Source of the DNA: a virus
Taxonomy: Duplodnaviria > Caudoviricetes
Reading direction: 5' to 3' (one strand)
IMG/VR virus record: IMGVR_UViG_3300017648_000001
Location: 1 to 61,162 of that record
Length of the DNA: 61,162 nt
How positions within the stretch are numbered: the first letter of the stretch is position 1; every line of letters begins with the position of its first letter. The notes under the pieces were generated by a model. It saw nothing but the letters and a program-made list of their open reading frames with translations. It was not told the DNA's origin and did no database searches. The position numbers were made by a program, and so were the translations under genes. Of the stretch, positions 56,476 to 61,162 are shown piece after piece.

Positions 56476-57300
56476 ATGAACAATCACGAAAGTAAATGCG
56501 TACTTGCCTCGCGATGCAAAGTGGCGGGAAGCGTACGATGCAACGCTCAATGTCCGTCATTCATCGCCATGCACGGCGCAAGTGGAATCGGAGGAAGATC
56601 GGCGGCAACTGGTCTACCGAAAGAGTATCGGCTTGTAACGCTCGAGAATTCGCCTGTAGAGACGGAACAACCGAAGATATACGAAACACTTGCGAAGTAT
56701 ATAACGACGTTTGAACGCCAATTTGAGGACGTCAGCGACCGTGTATATACGGAGTTAATTACGAAAGGTAATAGCGAAAAGGAAGCGCAAGATGGCGCGA
56801 GGGTCAAGTCGTTCTATTTCTTTTCCGAATCACCGGGAACAGGAAAAACGACTACGGCATCGGCATTAATTAACGAATATGTAATGGCGCATTATATCGG
56901 ATCATTAAAGCGAGGTAAGCAAGCGTTAGGCAGGCCGGCTTACTTCTTGGATTGTAACGATTGGCAGTCGTATTACAACGGATTCAACCGCAGCAACATT
57001 CCGAGAGATATCGCCGAAGTTAATAGTCGCGAATTCTATACGCAACTCGAACGATCGAAGAAGGCGCCATTTTTAGTTATCGACGATATTGCTGTCCGAG
57101 AGGTAACGCCAGGATTTCGCGGTGATTTACATTCGCTTATTAACTATCGTGTTACGGAGCAGTTGCCGACGATTTATACGTCCAATGTTCCGATGAAGGA
57201 TCTACCGCAAGTATTCGGAGAGTTCCGTTTATACGATAGAATGCGAGATCAATGCGCGGAATTAACATTTGGAGGGATATCGAAAAGGGGGCGACGTTGA
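56476..57300 (+). CDS. DnaC/IstB-like helicase loader ATPase
   Basis: PGTGKT, LVIDDI, TIYTSN and RLYDRM motifs. Confidence 0.9.
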   Translation: MNNHESKCVLASRCKVAGSVRCNAQCPSFIAMHGASGIGGRSAATGLPKEYRLVTLENSPVETEQPKIYETLAKYITTFERQFEDVSDRVYTELITKGNSEKEAQDGARVKSFYFFSESPGTGKTTTASALINEYVMAHYIGSLKRGKQALGRPAYFLDCNDWQSYYNGFNRSNIPRDIAEVNSREFYTQLERSKKAPFLVIDDIAVREVTPGFRGDLHSLINYRVTEQLPTIYTSNVPMKDLPQVFGEFRLYDRMRDQCAELTFGGISKRGRR

Positions 57301-57683
57301 TGACGTGGGATTTAAGTATTTATATAGAACCGAAATTATCGAAAGGTAGTTACGACGTTATAGTAGACGTTGTTGACTTAGAAGATATGGATACGCTAGA
57401 AAGTTTCAATTTTAATTTTATCGGTTGTGATAGAGAGCGGGCTTGTTACGCTGCATTCGAAGTTGTTAAAGAAAGGGTTAGTTGGTTGGGAGATATTAAA
57501 ATCAGCGTAGTATGTCCGACAATTGACCGAATACAAGCTATGTTGGAGGAAAAAGAGAAGTTGAAATACGAGGATTGGCGCGACTATTCTTTCTACTTAG
57601 ATGATATATCAAGCATTCTCATTGATAACGGTTATTTTTTAGATGGAGCGAGGTTATCAAGAGCCGCGGAGGTGTCCGAATGA
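57300..57683 (+). CDS. Hypothetical protein
   Basis: TGATG overlap; RBS. Confidence 0.6.
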   Translation: MTWDLSIYIEPKLSKGSYDVIVDVVDLEDMDTLESFNFNFIGCDRERACYAAFEVVKERVSWLGDIKISVVCPTIDRIQAMLEEKEKLKYEDWRDYSFYLDDISSILIDNGYFLDGARLSRAAEVSE

Positions 57684-58315
57684 CTAATAACAACGAAAAC
57701 GAAGACGAACGCATCATCGACGAAATTATCGAAGTCGACTTGCCTGCCACATTTGGCGACATCTGCGAAGTCGAAGGTTATGGCGTTAGAGTATTCCGCG
57801 TCTTCGGCTATCGTATCGAAAATTGTTTTACGGAGGAGCGCGCATGGGTCGACGTAGTTTACGAACTGATCGACGCGGTGAATGGCGAGTGGCTTGAAGC
57901 GGACGCAGATGACGTTGAACTATTGGCGGACGCTGAAGATGCCGACGTTTATATGCAGACGATAGATTACGATAATTATCCGAAGTCGTTTATGGAGACG
58001 GTGGGCTGGGGAACGGCTATAAATAACGAAGGGGAGGCGTTAGGAATGGCGAAAAAGGGCGAGGGCGAACGTAAACCAACAGCGAGGGAGTTAAGCGCGA
58101 AGTTGGCGGAGGAGCGGAAGAAGGCGAGGAAGGAGCGGAAAGAAAAGATAGATAACGAGTTGGACCGTTATAACTTCTTTAAGCGACAGTTTGATAGAAC
58201 GCAAGACAGACGTGATAAGGAAGCGATGGATACGGTAATGGCGGAGATTAAAAAATTGCGTAACGATGTAACCTATTCGGAGAGTAACGATAAAGATAGC
58301 GATGATAATAAATAA
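57680..58315 (+). CDS. Hypothetical protein
   Basis: GGAGG RBS; long ORF. Confidence 0.7.
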   Translation: MTNNNENEDERIIDEIIEVDLPATFGDICEVEGYGVRVFRVFGYRIENCFTEERAWVDVVYELIDAVNGEWLEADADDVELLADAEDADVYMQTIDYDNYPKSFMETVGWGTAINNEGEALGMAKKGEGERKPTARELSAKLAEERKKARKERKEKIDNELDRYNFFKRQFDRTQDRRDKEAMDTVMAEIKKLRNDVTYSESNDKDSDDNK

Positions 58316-58345
58316 TTGATACAAATAGCGACATAAAAGGAGAGG

Positions 58346-58777
58346 TTGAACTTGGAATATAACGAGGTTTATAAAGACTTATTTACAGTCGATAAAGAGT
58401 ATTTCCTTGCACATTGTATTAGTGCAGATGCAAAGATGGGTGCAGGGATAGCAGTTGAATTTAGAAAGAGATTTAAACTAGGTCAATTTCAAAAAGAGGT
58501 TGAGAAAACAGGGTTGATAGTTGGTAGTTGTGCAATGGTTGGAAGAGTGCTAAACCTTGTAACTAAAAGGGTTTATTGGGGTAAACCTACTTACGAAACA
58601 TTCACTAAAGCAGTCGAGGATATGAAAAGATTAGCTGTTAAACACGATATAAAAAAGATTGCTATGCCACAAATAGGTGCAGGGTTGGATAAATTAAGTT
58701 GGGCGAAAAATCGAGAAATCATTAAAGAAATTTTTTCAGATACAGATATAGAAATTCTTGTTTGTAGATTTAAGTAA
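58346..58777 (+). CDS. Macrodomain protein, TARG1/DarG-like ADP-ribosyl hydrolase (cassette E)
   Basis: LAHCISADAKMGAGIA, NLVTK and MPQIGAGLD motifs. Confidence 0.88.
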   Translation: MNLEYNEVYKDLFTVDKEYFLAHCISADAKMGAGIAVEFRKRFKLGQFQKEVEKTGLIVGSCAMVGRVLNLVTKRVYWGKPTYETFTKAVEDMKRLAVKHDIKKIAMPQIGAGLDKLSWAKNREIIKEIFSDTDIEILVCRFK

Positions 58778-58825
58778 CTGTGTCGCAGTTCGCATAAATT
58801 ACGAAATTAAAAGGAGGTTGAACGC

Positions 58826-60163
58826 GTGAACTATTTCAGTTTATTACTATCGAAGGCTATCGAGAACAACGATCCAGCCGCGCTTACCCGATTCGGCATC
58901 ACGGAATCTGACGCACCGACGAAGGGCGAGCGCGAAGCCTTCCGTTTTATCACCGACTATGCGGAAAAGAATCGCAACCAGGCGCCGACCGCCGAAATGG
59001 TTGTCGCAGAGTGTTCGGAGTTCGTTCCGGAGTTCGGTATCGACATGGCTTACGAATACTTGCGCGATAAAATAAAGTCGCATTCGGCGAAACTGGCTAT
59101 CGTTGATTTGGTCGAAAATAAACTGTCGTCTAAATTCGAAAGTGAGGACGGCAATATTTTAGTAGACGGCTTGATTTCGGATCTCGAAAGTATTAAAATA
59201 AGAACAAGCGTTCGGTCTAAAGTAGGAACGAATATCAAAACGGACACTGATTCGTTTCTTTCGGAGTACCGTAAACGTAAGGCTGGCGACTCATTCAAGA
59301 TATGGAAGTCGAAGTTTCCTACGGTTAATGAATCAATTGGCGGATATTTCAGCGGCAATATGTACACATTTTACGGCCGATCAGGTCGAGGAAAATCCGT
59401 CATTACTATGGAAGAGGCGTTAGAAATGGCGTTTCAAGGCGCGACAGTATTAGTTTGGGCGATGGAGATGTCAAAGTTCGAATGGATGGCGCGTGCGTAT
59501 TCGTCGATATCAGCTCGCGAAGGTTTAATTTCGGCAACAATCGAAGGAGTAGATTACGAGGTTGGCTTCGAGAACAAGGCGTTACTAATGGGGCGATTAG
59601 ACGATGAGTTCGAGGCGGCTTTCGAAATATTCCTGGCGACCATTAACGAAAAGATTCCCGGTAATATTATCGTAAGGGCAGCGGATGACGAAGATTTTTA
59701 TCAGCGCGGAATCAAACAATTAGAGGCCGATATTCAACAAGTTAAAGCGGATGTGGTCGTACTTGACGCATTTTATCATATGGACTACGAACGAAATACG
59801 TCGAGGACATCCGGTGGAGATGCGGCAAATACTTCGATGAAACTTAAAAAATTAGCGGGCTATACTCAGACGGTTATATTCGCGGTTACACAAGCGGAAG
59901 AAGTCAGTAATGATAAAGACGAAAATGGGAATCGCGAATTAAAATTACCAGAGAGATCCGAAGTCAAGAAAACATCCGCAGTATTGGAGGATGCGACCAA
60001 CTTAATCGCGATTGATTCATTAGACGGTCGAGCATTAATCGGATTAAATAAAGGACGTAACGGGGGAGAAGGAACCACAGTCGAACTAATATATCTTCCT
60101 AACTTCGGGATCGTAAGAGAACCTGAGACCGGAGAAGCAGCGGCAAGCCAATTCGATTTCTAG
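58826..60163 (+). CDS. DnaB-like replicative helicase
   Basis: GRSGRGKS, AMEM, VVLD, VTQ and KGRNG motifs. Confidence 0.92.
   Translation: MNYFSLLLSKAIENNDPAALTRFGITESDAPTKGEREAFRFITDYAEKNRNQAPTAEMVVAECSEFVPEFGIDMAYEYLRDKIKSHSAKLAIVDLVENKLSSKFESEDGNILVDGLISDLESIKIRTSVRSKVGTNIKTDTDSFLSEYRKRKAGDSFKIWKSKFPTVNESIGGYFSGNMYTFYGRSGRGKSVITMEEALEMAFQGATVLVWAMEMSKFEWMARAYSSISAREGLISATIEGVDYEVGFENKALLMGRLDDEFEAAFEIFLATINEKIPGNIIVRAADDEDFYQRGIKQLEADIQQVKADVVVLDAFYHMDYERNTSRTSGGDAANTSMKLKKLAGYTQTVIFAVTQAEEVSNDKDENGNRELKLPERSEVKKTSAVLEDATNLIAIDSLDGRALIGLNKGRNGGEGTTVELIYLPNFGIVREPETGEAAASQFDF
59171..59214 (+). promoter_or_regulatory. Intragenic LexA-repressed sigmaA promoter
   Basis: TTGATT, 17 bp, TAAAAT, followed by AGAACAAGCGTTCG (perfect GAAC-N4-GTTC). 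Confidence 0.7.
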
Positions 60164-60292
60164 CACTTTAGTCGCGTATTAACGTTAGGTAAATTTAACC
60201 AATCGCCTAAACCGTCAACTTTCGACAAATTACACCCCTTTTCTCGGTAAAAAAGTAACGGTAAGATTATATTACGAAAGGAGTATGTTGCT

Positions 60293-61162
60293 ATGTCAAC
60301 GATAAGAATTCGTAACATTCCCGTCGAAGTCGACATACGCGCTGAACTTGAAACGTTCGACTGGATACGACCTCGTTGGACAAACGATAAGCTAATCGCA
60401 GCAAGCCCTTTCCGGTATGATAAAACGCCTAGTTTCTTCGTCACACTCGAAGGCGAATACGCTGGCGCATGGGCCGATAGCGGTTTCTATGACGAAGAGT
60501 GGAAGTCGGGCGGATTCGTAAAGTTGCTATCGTTCTTGCGGAATGAAACGTACGAAGAAACCGAAGAGTACTTACTCGAATCGTATGCGACCGAATATAA
60601 TACGGACGAGATTACGTTGACTGTTCCGAAGTTGTGCGTTATGTCACAGACGCGCCACTTAGACGAAGCTATACTCGAAAAATATCGGTATCGACATCCG
60701 TATTTGGAACGTAGAAAGATCCCCGAAAATATTCAGCGACTATATAACGTAGGATATGACCGCGATAGGCAGGCGGTTGTCCTTCCGTGGTATGATGCGC
60801 GAAACCGACTAGCGAACGTGAAGTATCGTAAGACACGCGGCAAGGTGTTCTTCTACGAAAAGGGCGGCAAACCTATTCGCGAGCTAGTTTACGGGCTTTC
60901 GATCGCGCATAAACGGAATATTAAAGTCGCTGCATTGGCGGAAGCGGAAGTCGATGCTATGACGTGGGCTAGCGAAGGAGTATTCGGAATAGCGACTGGC
61001 GGCGCTAACTTTACGGATGCTCAGGCGGAGCAAATCAAGCGGAGTCCGATCGAACGGTTAATAGTGGCGGGCGATAACGATAAGGCAGGGCGTAGATTTA
61101 ACGAACAAGTTATCGGAAAATTGCGAGGATATGTTGCGTTAGAAGTCGTGACGGCGTATCCG
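60293..61162 (+). CDS. DNA primase (continues to position 222; 322 aa in total)
   Basis: Missing from the ORF track because it has no stop inside the window; MSTIRIRNIPV...SPFRYDKTPSF...AEAEVDAM TOPRIM; AAAGGAG RBS. Confidence 0.9.
   Translation, partial: MSTIRIRNIPVEVDIRAELETFDWIRPRWTNDKLIAASPFRYDKTPSFFVTLEGEYAGAWADSGFYDEEWKSGGFVKLLSFLRNETYEETEEYLLESYATEYNTDEITLTVPKLCVMSQTRHLDEAILEKYRYRHPYLERRKIPENIQRLYNVGYDRDRQAVVLPWYDARNRLANVKYRKTRGKVFFYEKGGKPIRELVYGLSIAHKRNIKVAALAEAEVDAMTWASEGVFGIATGGANFTDAQAEQIKRSPIERLIVAGDNDKAGRRFNEQVIGKLRGYVALEVVTAYP
61040..61162 (+). repeat. Terminal overlap, identical to 1-123
   Basis: Direct comparison of the two ends. Confidence 0.97.

Larger units (their letters stand above)
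1..61162. mobile_element. Complete temperate siphovirus genome (Bacillus-type host), circularly permuted assembly
   Basis: Full set of terminase, portal, capsid, tail, lysis, replication and integrase genes; no host chromosomal genes; exact terminal overlap; Firmicute-style RBSs (AAAGGAGG). Confidence 0.95.

Noticed and set aside
1-61162. tRNA genes, CRISPR arrays, DGR or reverse transcriptase, tyrosine recombinase, IS elements
   Set aside because: None recognised by eye or in the ORF track; tRNAscan-SE and HMM searches would be needed to exclude them formally

Overview
The window is a complete, circularly permuted genome of a temperate Bacillus-type siphophage. It has 61,039 bp of unique sequence, and bases 1-123 are repeated exactly at 61040-61162. 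Modules in order: a lysis-lysogeny switch (two HTH regulators, an arbitrium-type AimR receptor and an unannotated AimP propeptide); a phage sigma factor; DNA replication and nucleotide metabolism (SSB-like, PolA, DnaQ-like exonuclease, RuvC-like, nrdIEF, PhoH, dUTPase, ThyX, dNMP kinase, C5 and N6 methyltransferases); head, tail and lysis genes; a ParM/FtsK/replication-relaxation module; a large serine integrase with a candidate attP; and an initiator, helicase loader, helicase and primase. The most notable unexplained structures are: (1) a ~24-bp quasi-palindromic site flanking AT-rich gene cassettes, including the C-terminus of the receptor-binding protein, which suggests a cassette-exchange system; (2) four CGGCAA-loop hairpins inside the sigma gene plus an unannotated arginine-rich-motif protein, resembling lambda N/boxB antitermination; (3) an HNH nuclease gene with its own RBS nested in the +1 frame of the intact C5 methyltransferase; (4) a LexA-box promoter inside the helicase gene pointing toward the repressor; (5) sporulation-type promoters on the ParM/FtsK/relaxase module; (6) SinI-like and TARG1/DarG-like accessory genes. 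All calls come from reading the sequence by eye; no database searches or folding programs were run.
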